35,628 bases of DNA from positions 1-35,628 of the forward strand of contig JACRKZ010000185.1 of assembly GCA_016235455.1 (NCBI GenBank), in the 5' to 3' direction. Source of the stretch: Armatimonadota bacterium. Its GTDB lineage: Bacteria > Armatimonadota > UBA10988. The position numbers and the translations under genes were made by a program. The notes under the pieces are model-generated. The model did not search any database and was not told where the DNA came from. It saw nothing but the letters and a program-made list of their open reading frames with translations. This document shows positions 16,596 to 24,609 of the stretch, in pieces; position 1 is the stretch's first letter, and every line of letters starts with the position of its first letter.

Positions 16596-17672
16596 CTAGT
16601 CCTCGGTTTGCCGCAGCATCATCTTGAGCTCGGTCAGGTTGCCCGCGCGCGACAGAGCTTCGCGGACATCGATGGTGCCGGCTTTGGCCAGACGGTTGAG
16701 CGCCATGTTCATGGTCTGCATGCCGTACTGCTCTTCGCTCTGCTTGATGATCGGGTAGATGTTGCCGACCGTGCCTTCTTCAATGTAGCCCTGGATGGTC
16801 GGGTTGACGACCATGACCTCATTGGCCACGACGCGGCCGTTGCCGTCCTTGCGCGGGATGAGCTGCTGGCTGATGACCGCGCGCAGGGTCTGGCTCAAGC
16901 GCAGGCAGATCTGCGGCTTCTCGTGCGGTGGGAACATGTTGACGATGCGCTCGATGGTCTCGGCGCAAGAGTTGGTGTGCAGCGTGGAGAGCACCAAGTG
17001 GCCCGTCTCGGCCGCGGCCATGGCCACGCTGATGGATTCCTGGTCGCGCATCTCACCGATGAGGATGACGTCCGGCGCCTGGCGCAGCACGGCGCGCAGG
17101 GCCTTGCCGAAGTTGGTGGTGTCGATCATGACCTCGCGCTGGCTGACGATACAGCGCTTGTCCTGATGCACGAACTCGATGGGGTCCTCGATGGTGACGA
17201 TGTGACCCTTGCGGCCGCGGTTGATCAGGTCGACCATGGCGGCCAGCGTCGTGGACTTGCCTGAGCCGGTCGGGCCGGTGACCAGGATGAACCCCGTGCG
17301 GTTGGCGGCGATGCGCTTGATGACCTGCGGCAGGCCCAGGTCCTCGACCTGCGGGATCTCCAGGGGGATGATGCGGAAGACGATGCCCGTGCTGCCGCGC
17401 TGACGGTAGACGTTGACCCGGAACCGGCAGCGGCCGGGCAGGCTGTAGGCGCAGTCGGCTTCCATCGACTCATGGAAGCGAGCGATCTGCTCAGGCCGCA
17501 TGATCGTCGCCAGGAACCGGTCGATGTCCTGGTTGGTCAGCGGCGCGAAGCTGGGGTCAACCGGATGGACGTCGCCGTGGATGCGCATGGCCGGCGGCGT
17601 GTTGACTTTGAAGAACAGGTCCGACGCCTTGGCGTCCAAACCCCTGGCCAGTGTCTCATCGAGGTTGATCAT
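16596..17672 (-). CDS. Type IV pilus ATPase, PilT/PilU family (most divergent copy)
   Basis: ASDLFFK, RFRVNVYRQRG, GPTGSGKST, TIEDPIE, LRQAPDVILIGEMRD and GHLVLSTLHT. The AIRNLIRE position reads TIQGYIEE. Confidence 0.92.
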   Translation of the reverse strand: MINLDETLARGLDAKASDLFFKVNTPPAMRIHGDVHPVDPSFAPLTNQDIDRFLATIMRPEQIARFHESMEADCAYSLPGRCRFRVNVYRQRGSTGIVFRIIPLEIPQVEDLGLPQVIKRIAANRTGFILVTGPTGSGKSTTLAAMVDLINRGRKGHIVTIEDPIEFVHQDKRCIVSQREVMIDTTNFGKALRAVLRQAPDVILIGEMRDQESISVAMAAAETGHLVLSTLHTNSCAETIERIVNMFPPHEKPQICLRLSQTLRAVISQQLIPRKDGNGRVVANEVMVVNPTIQGYIEEGTVGNIYPIIKQSEEQYGMQTMNMALNRLAKAGTIDVREALSRAGNLTELKMMLRQTED

Positions 17673-17687
17673 GCCACGCTACCCTTT

Positions 17688-18494
17688 CTAGACCGAATCC
17701 CGCGCCGACGCCGCGCGGCCCGGCCGGCGGCGTGCCGCACGCCGGCCCAGAAGCAACGACAGAAGCACAAAGGTGATCGCACCACAGCCGAGCGCGCCAA
17801 CCACCACGGCGATCCAGGTACCCGCTCCCGGCGCCGGCCGCTTGGCCGATGTCCCCTCCAACGGCGCCACGGGCAGCGCATACGGCGGCAGGTCCAGCCG
17901 CGTGTAGGCGTCGTTGAGAATCTCCACGTTGAACTCGTGCGAGCGGCCGGTACCGCGGTGCCGGATGCGCACGTTCTTGTCCTCGTAGTCGCCGAGCCCG
18001 CGGTAGTTGAACCGGGTGCCGGCCAGATCGCCGACATCGAAGTTGAGGTCGATGCGCCGATAGCGGCGGAACGCGTCGATGAAAGCTTCGAGCCGGAAGG
18101 TGCCCTTGTCACGGAGCAGGGCACGCTCTGACATGCGGAACCCGATCTGCGGCACGCGGTCGACCACCGAGTAGGTCAGATTGGCCTGGCTGCCATCGAG
18201 GTTGAACGGCCGCAGGTCGCCGAGGCCCTCATAGCCCACCGCCTTGGCCAGCGCCTCCAGGTCGGACCGGGCCTGACCTTCGCTGACCGGGCCGCTGTAG
18301 GCAGCCGAGGCGCTGTAGCCCATGTTCGGGTCGAAGAAGACCACGACCTGCACGCCGGGACCGGCGGCGGTCTCGGGCGAGGCAGGCGGAGACGGCGTCG
18401 CGGCCTGGCCGGCCGAAGCCAGCAGACCCACAATCAGCCATGCCGTCAGGCACCGCCGCGCCATGTCTCGACCACTCACGATCAGCCGCACCAT
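17688..18494 (-). CDS. Hypothetical protein with signal peptide and C-terminal membrane anchor
   Basis: N-terminal hydrophobic LTAWLIVGLLASAGQA, Pro-rich linker, C-terminal TM helix WIAVVVGALGCGAITFVLLSLLL followed by RRAARRR. Start is 18494 or 18464. Confidence 0.75.
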   Translation of the reverse strand: MVRLIVSGRDMARRCLTAWLIVGLLASAGQAATPSPPASPETAAGPGVQVVVFFDPNMGYSASAAYSGPVSEGQARSDLEALAKAVGYEGLGDLRPFNLDGSQANLTYSVVDRVPQIGFRMSERALLRDKGTFRLEAFIDAFRRYRRIDLNFDVGDLAGTRFNYRGLGDYEDKNVRIRHRGTGRSHEFNVEILNDAYTRLDLPPYALPVAPLEGTSAKRPAPGAGTWIAVVVGALGCGAITFVLLSLLLGRRAARRRPGRAASARDSV

Positions 18495-18514
18495 ACGCCC
18501 AAAGGCTCCAACCG

Positions 18515-18543
18515 AGTATAGCCGTCGGCGGGTCGCGAGTCAA
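18515..18543 (-). promoter_or_regulatory. Near-consensus sigma70 promoter for the membrane protein-pilT unit
   Basis: Minus strand TTGACT-N17-TATACT. Confidence 0.7.
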
Positions 18544-18545
18544 CG

Positions 18546-18575
18546 TTGGCGGTCGCCTGGCGGCCGCGCTACACT
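18546..18575 (+). promoter_or_regulatory. Possible sigma70 promoter for the pcm-like gene, back-to-back with the previous promoter
   Basis: Plus strand TTGGCG-N18-TACACT. Confidence 0.45.
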
Positions 18576-18605
18576 AGCTACAGAGCCGTGGCCGAGAGCC
18601 CGCCG

Positions 18606-19718
18606 ATGCCAGCCTCGCTTCGCCCCTCGCAGCACGAGTACGCCGACCGACTGCAACGACACCTGGCCGCCCAGCCCGGCTTGCCGTGCGCGGTGCTTGA
18701 GGCCTTCGCGGCGTTACCTCGCCACTGGTTCGTCGACCAACTCGATGGCCGTGACGTATCGCCCGAAACAACCGACACCGACCTGCTCGACCGCCTCTAC
18801 ACCGACCAGGCGCTGTGCATTCAGCGCCGTGGCGGGGTGGGCACCAGCAGTACAAGCCAGCCCTCGCTCATGGCTCTGATGATGGCCGATGTCGGCTTGG
18901 CGCCAGGCCAGCACGTGCTCGAAGTCGGCACTGGCAGCGGCTGGAACGCCGGGCTCATGGCGCGCGTGGTCGGCCCGACGGGCCGCATCGTGACGCTGGA
19001 GGTGGATGCCGAACTGGCCGCCACGGCGCAGGCCCATCTGAGCCGCGCCGCAGCCGGCGACCGCGTCACCGTGCGCTGTGCCGACGGCCTGCTCGGCGCC
19101 CCTGACGACGCGCCGTTCGACGCGATCATTGTCACCGTCGGGTGCCCCGACATCCCGGCCGCGTGGCTGGCGCAACTGGCCGACGGCGGGCGCCTGCTGA
19201 TGCCCTACACCCTACCCGACGGCTCCGCGCCACTGCTCTGCCTGCGTCGGCGGGGCGACAGGATCGCCGGCCGCTGGCTGCGCTGGACCTGGTTCGTGGA
19301 CCTGCGGGGCGGCGGCCTGGCACCGTGGCCCGCGCCGCGTGAGGCCGGTGACCACCTGAGCCGGCGCGCATTGCCCGGCGCGCCCTGGCCCAGCCAGCCG
19401 GGCGACCCGCGGACCAGCGCGCACTTCGACCTATGGCTGCTGGCCAGCGACGAGGCGTTCACCGCGCTGCGCTGGGCCGGTCGCGTGTTGGGCGGGCTGT
19501 GGCAGCCCGACGGACTGGCCTTCTGTGCCGAGTCGGATCTGCGCTGGCGGGGCTCGGCGGCGCTGGCCGACCGGCTCGAACAGCACTGCCAGCAATGGCT
19601 GCGGGCCGGGTCGCCCAGGCTGACCGACTACACGGTCTGCCCAGCCGATCCCGGCCCGCCTGGCAATGCCCTGCTTCTGCGGCGTCCGACGACGCCGCTG
19701 TGGCTGTGCCGCGCGTGA
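18606..19718 (+). CDS. Protein-L-isoaspartate O-methyltransferase family protein with C-terminal extension
   Basis: AFAALPRHWFV, SSTSQPSLMALM, VLEVGTGSGWNAGLMA, DGLLGAPDDAPFDAIIVT and WLAQLADGGRLLMP, plus roughly 150 extra C-terminal residues. Start is uncertain (ATG 18606 chosen). Confidence 0.85.
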   Translation: MPASLRPSQHEYADRLQRHLAAQPGLPCAVLEAFAALPRHWFVDQLDGRDVSPETTDTDLLDRLYTDQALCIQRRGGVGTSSTSQPSLMALMMADVGLAPGQHVLEVGTGSGWNAGLMARVVGPTGRIVTLEVDAELAATAQAHLSRAAAGDRVTVRCADGLLGAPDDAPFDAIIVTVGCPDIPAAWLAQLADGGRLLMPYTLPDGSAPLLCLRRRGDRIAGRWLRWTWFVDLRGGGLAPWPAPREAGDHLSRRALPGAPWPSQPGDPRTSAHFDLWLLASDEAFTALRWAGRVLGGLWQPDGLAFCAESDLRWRGSAALADRLEQHCQQWLRAGSPRLTDYTVCPADPGPPGNALLLRRPTTPLWLCRA

Positions 19719-19720
19719 GC

Positions 19721-20443
19721 CTACTTGGCGTCGCCCGCGCTCAGGTCCACCTCCACCGAACGCACCTGGCTGTCGCCCATGCCCATGCGTGAGCGCAACT
19801 CGGCCAGATCGCCGTCGAGGTCGGTGGTGTCCAACTGCGCGAACTGCTCTTCGAGGTTGGTCCCCGCCAGTTCCTTGTTGATGTCCACCGCGGCCTCGGC
19901 TTCGGCTTCCTGCTGCATGACCCGCTGTTCCATGCGCTCGAAGGTCTCGAACGCGCTGTGGTCGCCGATGCCCTGCAGCGTCTCCTGGATCTGCTTCTGT
20001 GCTTGGGCGCGCTTCTGCCGCGCAATGAGCAGGTCCTTGCGGCGCTTGGCGTCCTCGATCTTCAGGTTCAGGGCCTTGAGCGCGTTCTTCAGCGCCTCAA
20101 CCGCCTCGGCCTGCTTCTCCCACTGCTCCTGGTACTGTTTGGCCAGTTCCTGGGCGGTGTTGCGCTGGCCCAGAGCCTGCTTGGCCAGGTCTTCCTTGCC
20201 GGCCTGGAGCGCGGCCATGGCGCGCTGCTCCCACTTGGCCGATTCCTCGTTCTGCATGTCCAACTGACGCCGGAGCTTGCGCTCGTCGGCGATGGCCACG
20301 GCCACCTGCCGCTTGGCGTCGGCCAACTGCTCGCGCATCTCAATCAGCATCTGATTGAGCATCTTCTCCGGGTCTTCGGCACGGCTTAGCAAGTCGTTGA
20401 TGTTGGCGCGCAAGATGTCGGCCATTCGCTTGAAGATGCCCAT
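19721..20443 (-). CDS. pspA: PspA/IM30 family (bacterial ESCRT-III-like) protein
   Basis: Amphipathic N-terminus MGIFKRMADILRANINDLLSRAEDPEKML, EDLAKQAL, FERMEQRV, and coiled-coil character throughout. Confidence 0.95.
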   Translation of the reverse strand: MGIFKRMADILRANINDLLSRAEDPEKMLNQMLIEMREQLADAKRQVAVAIADERKLRRQLDMQNEESAKWEQRAMAALQAGKEDLAKQALGQRNTAQELAKQYQEQWEKQAEAVEALKNALKALNLKIEDAKRRKDLLIARQKRAQAQKQIQETLQGIGDHSAFETFERMEQRVMQQEAEAEAAVDINKELAGTNLEEQFAQLDTTDLDGDLAELRSRMGMGDSQVRSVEVDLSAGDAK

Positions 20444-20446
20444 CGT

Positions 20447-20845
20447 CTACTCTCCCGCCACCGGCGTCGGGCGCATCTCGTGATACAGCTCACCAGCCGC
20501 AATGATCAACGACTCGATGCTGGCCACGAGTTCGCTGTAGTCCAGCGACTCGGCGCGCAGGGTGTCCACCAGCGTCACCGTGCCGTCGTCCACGGCATAG
20601 GCCCCGAACGCTATGCCGTTACTGTTGAGTTCCAACAACCGCCGATAGAGCTGCTCGCGGCCCGTCTCGGGCAAGGACATGACCTTCATGCGCAGCATCA
20701 CAATGGGTGCGTCGTGCCGCACGATCAGTGGCGGCACCCCGTCGGACGACTCGTCGATGCGCCACAGCCCCTCGCCGAGAGTCTCGACCGGGCGGTCCAT
20801 GCGCATCAGATAGCCCTCAATGGTCTCGTTGTCGATCACGAACAC
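20447..20845 (-). CDS. Cytoplasmic CesT/YbjN-like (type III chaperone-fold) protein
   Basis: Small acidic protein with LYRRLLELN...FGAYAVD..TVTLVDTL...LDYSEL and no signal peptide. AGGAGG precedes the GTG start; the gene ends 3 nt before pspA. Confidence 0.7.
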   Translation of the reverse strand: MFVIDNETIEGYLMRMDRPVETLGEGLWRIDESSDGVPPLIVRHDAPIVMLRMKVMSLPETGREQLYRRLLELNSNGIAFGAYAVDDGTVTLVDTLRAESLDYSELVASIESLIIAAGELYHEMRPTPVAGE

Positions 20846-20892
20846 TTACCTCCTGTCGAGAATGCCGGCCGCACTTGCCGCCCCTGGCTCTG

Positions 20893-20921
20893 AGTATGAG
20901 ATTGCGCTGGGGCGCTGTCAA
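20893..20921 (-). promoter_or_regulatory. sigma70-type promoter for the chaperone-like gene and pspA
   Basis: Minus strand TTGACA-N17-CATACT. Confidence 0.65.
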
Positions 20922-20938
20922 CCACGGCCGGGCGCTGG

Positions 20939-21967
20939 CTACAGCGCGAGCGGTAGCCGGACCATTGCTCCTGAGCTGTGGCTGCGGTGTACCGCCTCCA
21001 CCAGCTCGGCGTACTTCAAGCCATCGTGGAAACTCGTGAGTACTGGCACGCCGTCGCGCACGGCATCCACGAAGTTGCGCTCCACCTGCCACGGGTTGGC
21101 CAGTTCGGGTGGCACGCTCACCTCGCGCAGCGTGGTCTCGCCCGCCGTGGCCACCAACACGCTCTCGCGCATCGCTTCCGCTACTATCGTTCCCGCCGAC
21201 CCGAAGAGTTCCACTTTCTCCGGCCCGGCCGCGTGCGCCACGCTGCTCAGGTGCCAGACGCCCTGCGCCCCGCACTCGAACGTGGACAGCGCCGTGACGC
21301 TGTCGGGGATGCTTACGTGGTACGTGCCGCCGCTGGGGTTGGGCCGTTCGCTGACGAAGACGCGGTTGTTGGCCCACACCTCACGCGTGTCGCCGCACCA
21401 GTTGCGCACGATCTCGGCCCAGATGCCCAAGGTCATGGTGTTCTGGCCCGACCACGCCGCACGTTCGCGCCAAGTCGGCGGCCGCTGCTCGTCCGTCGCG
21501 CCGTTGGTCAACGCGGTCACCCGTACCATGCGCAGTTCGCCCAGCAGGCCATCGGCGATGAGCCGGCGCACCAGCCTGTCCACGGCCATCACCGTTGGCG
21601 GCGGACACAACGCAGTGACCCGGTCGGTCAGCATGGCCATCTCATACATGTGCCGCGCATCGGCCGCGTTCATGGTCATGCGCGCCTGGCAGAAGACATG
21701 CTTGCCAGCCATCAGCGCGGCCACCGTGGCATCGCGATGCAGATACGGCCAGGTGCCCACGACGACCACATCGAGATCGTCACGCGCGACCAGCGCGCGC
21801 CAGTCGGTCTCGACGTGCGGGATGTTCCAGCGCTGGGCCACCGCCTGGGCCGACTCCGGCGTGCGATTGGCCACGGCGCGGATCTCCACGCCGTCGATGG
21901 CCGTGAAGCCCGGCAGATGCCGCTGCTCCACAATGCCGCCGGCGCCGATGATGCCGATACGCAGCAT
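20939..21967 (-). CDS. Gfo/Idh/MocA family oxidoreductase
   Basis: MLRIGIIGAGGI, DLDVVVVGTWPYLH and AGKHVFCQARM. ATG 21967 with AAGGT upstream. Confidence 0.9.
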   Translation of the reverse strand: MLRIGIIGAGGIVEQRHLPGFTAIDGVEIRAVANRTPESAQAVAQRWNIPHVETDWRALVARDDLDVVVVGTWPYLHRDATVAALMAGKHVFCQARMTMNAADARHMYEMAMLTDRVTALCPPPTVMAVDRLVRRLIADGLLGELRMVRVTALTNGATDEQRPPTWRERAAWSGQNTMTLGIWAEIVRNWCGDTREVWANNRVFVSERPNPSGGTYHVSIPDSVTALSTFECGAQGVWHLSSVAHAAGPEKVELFGSAGTIVAEAMRESVLVATAGETTLREVSVPPELANPWQVERNFVDAVRDGVPVLTSFHDGLKYAELVEAVHRSHSSGAMVRLPLAL

Positions 21968-21972
21968 GATGC

Positions 21973-23091
21973 CTACCTTTCCGCCGAGAGAGCGAAGGCG
22001 GCGCACGCCGCTTCGCCGTCGAGCACGGCAATGGTCAACACGTAAGTGATGGTCTGGCCTGGTTCGATGAACTTGAGCCGGCCCGCGGCCCGTTCGTCGG
22101 CCCGGCCGCCCACCCGGCAGTTGGCCGGTTCCAAACCGCAGACATACGTACCCGCGGCCATGGACTTCCATTGCACCAATTGGTCAAGTTCGGCCGCGCG
22201 GTAGGTGATGCCGACCCCCAGCCCGCCGTCGAGCGCCGGGTTGATGATGCCCACCTGGCACAGGCCGCGCGCATCGGGCTCGGCCTGGTGGTAGAAGACC
22301 TGCTCGGGGAACTCGGTCGACGGGCGCTCGAAGCCGCGACACGCCGCCAGCCCGGCCGCGGCCACCGCGTCACGCGGCTCGGTGCCGCCCGCCGAGACCA
22401 CCACGCGCGAGGCGGGCGCGACCACGGGCCAGCCGATGTTCATGTGGTAGAGCATCATGTGCGGCATGGTCTGGTGCCCGCGATTGGTCACCTCGTCCAC
22501 GATGCGGATGGTCGGTTCGCCGGCCGTGGCCTGGATGCGGCGCAGCAGTTCCACGTTCTCGCCGAAGATGATCGATTCGCGCACCCGGCCTTGGGCGCAC
22601 AGCAGGTAGTCGTCGCCGTCCCAGTAGCCGTCGGCGGAGACGCCGCGGGCGGGCGTCTGGTTGACCCGGCCATGCAGGCCCAGGCGCACCGTGCCGGGCA
22701 CCTCGGTCGGCGCGCCGGCGGGCATGGGCGCCGCCTCCGGGTCCTCGCTGGGCCCACCGGCGGTCAACATGCCGCAGGTGGTCAGCAGCCCGCCGAAGAA
22801 GCCGCGCAGCCAGCCCAGCCCTTCGGGCTCGTAGTAAGCCGAGTGCGGGATGCCGTTGGCACTCATCCAGGCCAGTGGCCGGCCGTGGTAGCTGGCGTTG
22901 GCGATGTCCATGCCGCGGCCGGGCAGCACGTCGAAGTCGAGGCCGCTGCCGGTGCGGAACCGCAGCACTTCCACGCCACGCTCGGGCCCTTCGGCATACT
23001 CCATACGGCTGACGCCGGCCACTTGGCTCATGTCGCCCACGAGTTGGCAGAGGTCACGGCGGCTCAGGTCGGCGCCGTACAGTCGAGGCAT
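21973..23091 (-). CDS. Aldose 1-epimerase-like protein (DUF4432 family)
   Basis: RTGSGLDFDVLPGRGMDI, GWLRGFFGGLLTTCG, LHGRV, MMLYHMNIGWP and YVCGLEPAN. Confidence 0.85.
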   Translation of the reverse strand: MPRLYGADLSRRDLCQLVGDMSQVAGVSRMEYAEGPERGVEVLRFRTGSGLDFDVLPGRGMDIANASYHGRPLAWMSANGIPHSAYYEPEGLGWLRGFFGGLLTTCGMLTAGGPSEDPEAAPMPAGAPTEVPGTVRLGLHGRVNQTPARGVSADGYWDGDDYLLCAQGRVRESIIFGENVELLRRIQATAGEPTIRIVDEVTNRGHQTMPHMMLYHMNIGWPVVAPASRVVVSAGGTEPRDAVAAAGLAACRGFERPSTEFPEQVFYHQAEPDARGLCQVGIINPALDGGLGVGITYRAAELDQLVQWKSMAAGTYVCGLEPANCRVGGRADERAAGRLKFIEPGQTITYVLTIAVLDGEAACAAFALSAER

Positions 23092-23135
23092 CTGCATCTC
23101 CCGACCGCGCATTGGCCGGGCCGGACCGGATTCCT

Positions 23136-24587
23136 CTACTCGTCGCCCGCCGCCCCACGCTTGGGCCGGCTGGGCGGCCTAATGTCGGGGTTGCGCGTCG
23201 GCATCGGCGCCTGGATCTCGGCGCGCCAGGCCTGCAGCGTGTCGTGCAGTTCCTTGGCCTTGGCCGGCTGCGCCGCCGCCAGGTTCTTCCTCTCGCTCAG
23301 GTCGTCGCGCAGGTTGTACAGCTCGATGCGGCCGTCCTCGAAGAACTCGTGCAGCTTCCAGTCGCCACTGCGCACCGCACCCGCCGGCGTGGTGCGCCAG
23401 CTGTTCAGGCCGGCGCCCAGATAGCCCGGGAAGTGCCAGAACAGCGGCTTCCGCGGCTTGGCAGCGGCGGCGCCGGTCAACAGGTCCACGTAGCTCGTGC
23501 CATCGAGCGGGGCCTTCTCGGGCCGTTTGGCGCCGGTCACCTCCAGCACCGTCGGATACAGATCGACGCTGTTGATGGGTTCGTCGCAGACCGTGCCAGG
23601 CTTGATGTGGCCTGGCCAGCGGAGGATGTATGGCACGCGAATGCCGCCCTCGTAGAGCATGCCCTTGCCGCCCCGCAGCGGCGCGTTGTCGGTGGTGTCG
23701 CCGCCGCCAATCCCTTCGCGCTCGTAGCCGCCAACGCCGCCGTTGTCGCTGGCGTAAACGACCAGCGTGTTCTCGCTGAGGTGCAGTTCATCCAGCAGCC
23801 GGGTCACGCGGCCGACACTCTCGTCCACGCTGGCGATCATGCCGGCATAGGTGGGGTTGCGGTGTCCGCCAGCGGGTGGTTTGGCCCGGAAATGGTCGAT
23901 CCACTCGCGCTTGGCCTCGAGCGGCGCATGGACCGCGAAGTGTGGCAGGTACAAGAAGAACGGCTTGTCCTTGCTGCGCCGCACGAAATCCTCGGCCTTG
24001 TCGGTCAGGAAGTCGGCCAGGTACTCGTCCTTGGGGTGCGCCAGCTTGGGGTTGGTGACGAACCCAAAGTGCTTGCCCATGGACACGACGGCCTCATCGA
24101 AGCCGCGCGCACTGGGATGGTGCTCGGCATCCTCGCCCAGGTGCCACTTGCCGAACATGGCCGTGGCGTAGCCGGCGCGCCGCAGCGCTTGGGCCAGTGT
24201 GACCTTGTCCAGCGGCAGCCGGTTGACGTTGTCCACCGGTCGCAGCGGCCGGCTCTGCCAGTCGAAGCGGTCGATGCCGCCCACGGTGTAGACGCCGGTG
24301 CGTGGGCCGTACAGGCCGGTCATCAGCGCGGCGCGCGTCGGCTGGCAGTTGGGGCCGCAGGTGTAGCCGCTGGTGAATCTCATGCCCTGCGCTGCCAACC
24401 GGTCGATGTGCGGCGACTCGTAGTAGCGGCTGCCATAGCAGCTCAGGTCGGTGTAGCCCTGATCATCGGCCAGGATGAAAACGACATTGGGCCGGCGCGT
24501 CTCGGCGGCCGACCCGCGCCGCGCGGCGCCGATCGCACAGCCGGCGGCGGCCATTGTGCTCCAACGCAGAAACGCACGCCGTTCCAT
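23136..24587 (-). CDS. Tat-exported formylglycine-dependent sulfatase
   Basis: Twin-arginine signal MERRAFLR, RPNVVFILADDQG, CQPTR (CxPxR), GKWHLG, SDNGG and GGKGMLYEGGIRVP. AAGGAG RBS. Confidence 0.95.
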   Translation of the reverse strand: MERRAFLRWSTMAAAGCAIGAARRGSAAETRRPNVVFILADDQGYTDLSCYGSRYYESPHIDRLAAQGMRFTSGYTCGPNCQPTRAALMTGLYGPRTGVYTVGGIDRFDWQSRPLRPVDNVNRLPLDKVTLAQALRRAGYATAMFGKWHLGEDAEHHPSARGFDEAVVSMGKHFGFVTNPKLAHPKDEYLADFLTDKAEDFVRRSKDKPFFLYLPHFAVHAPLEAKREWIDHFRAKPPAGGHRNPTYAGMIASVDESVGRVTRLLDELHLSENTLVVYASDNGGVGGYEREGIGGGDTTDNAPLRGGKGMLYEGGIRVPYILRWPGHIKPGTVCDEPINSVDLYPTVLEVTGAKRPEKAPLDGTSYVDLLTGAAAAKPRKPLFWHFPGYLGAGLNSWRTTPAGAVRSGDWKLHEFFEDGRIELYNLRDDLSERKNLAAAQPAKAKELHDTLQAWRAEIQAPMPTRNPDIRPPSRPKRGAAGDE

Positions 24588-24609
24588 GGGCCACTCCTTG
24601 GCCGGCTCG

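Noticed and set aside
14169-17672. Long near-identical DNA tracts recurring about every 1.1-1.2 kb
   Set aside because: These are conserved Walker, Asp-box and His-box codons of the three PilT paralogues, not a mobile repeat. The copies are clearly diverged, so an assembly duplication is unlikely.
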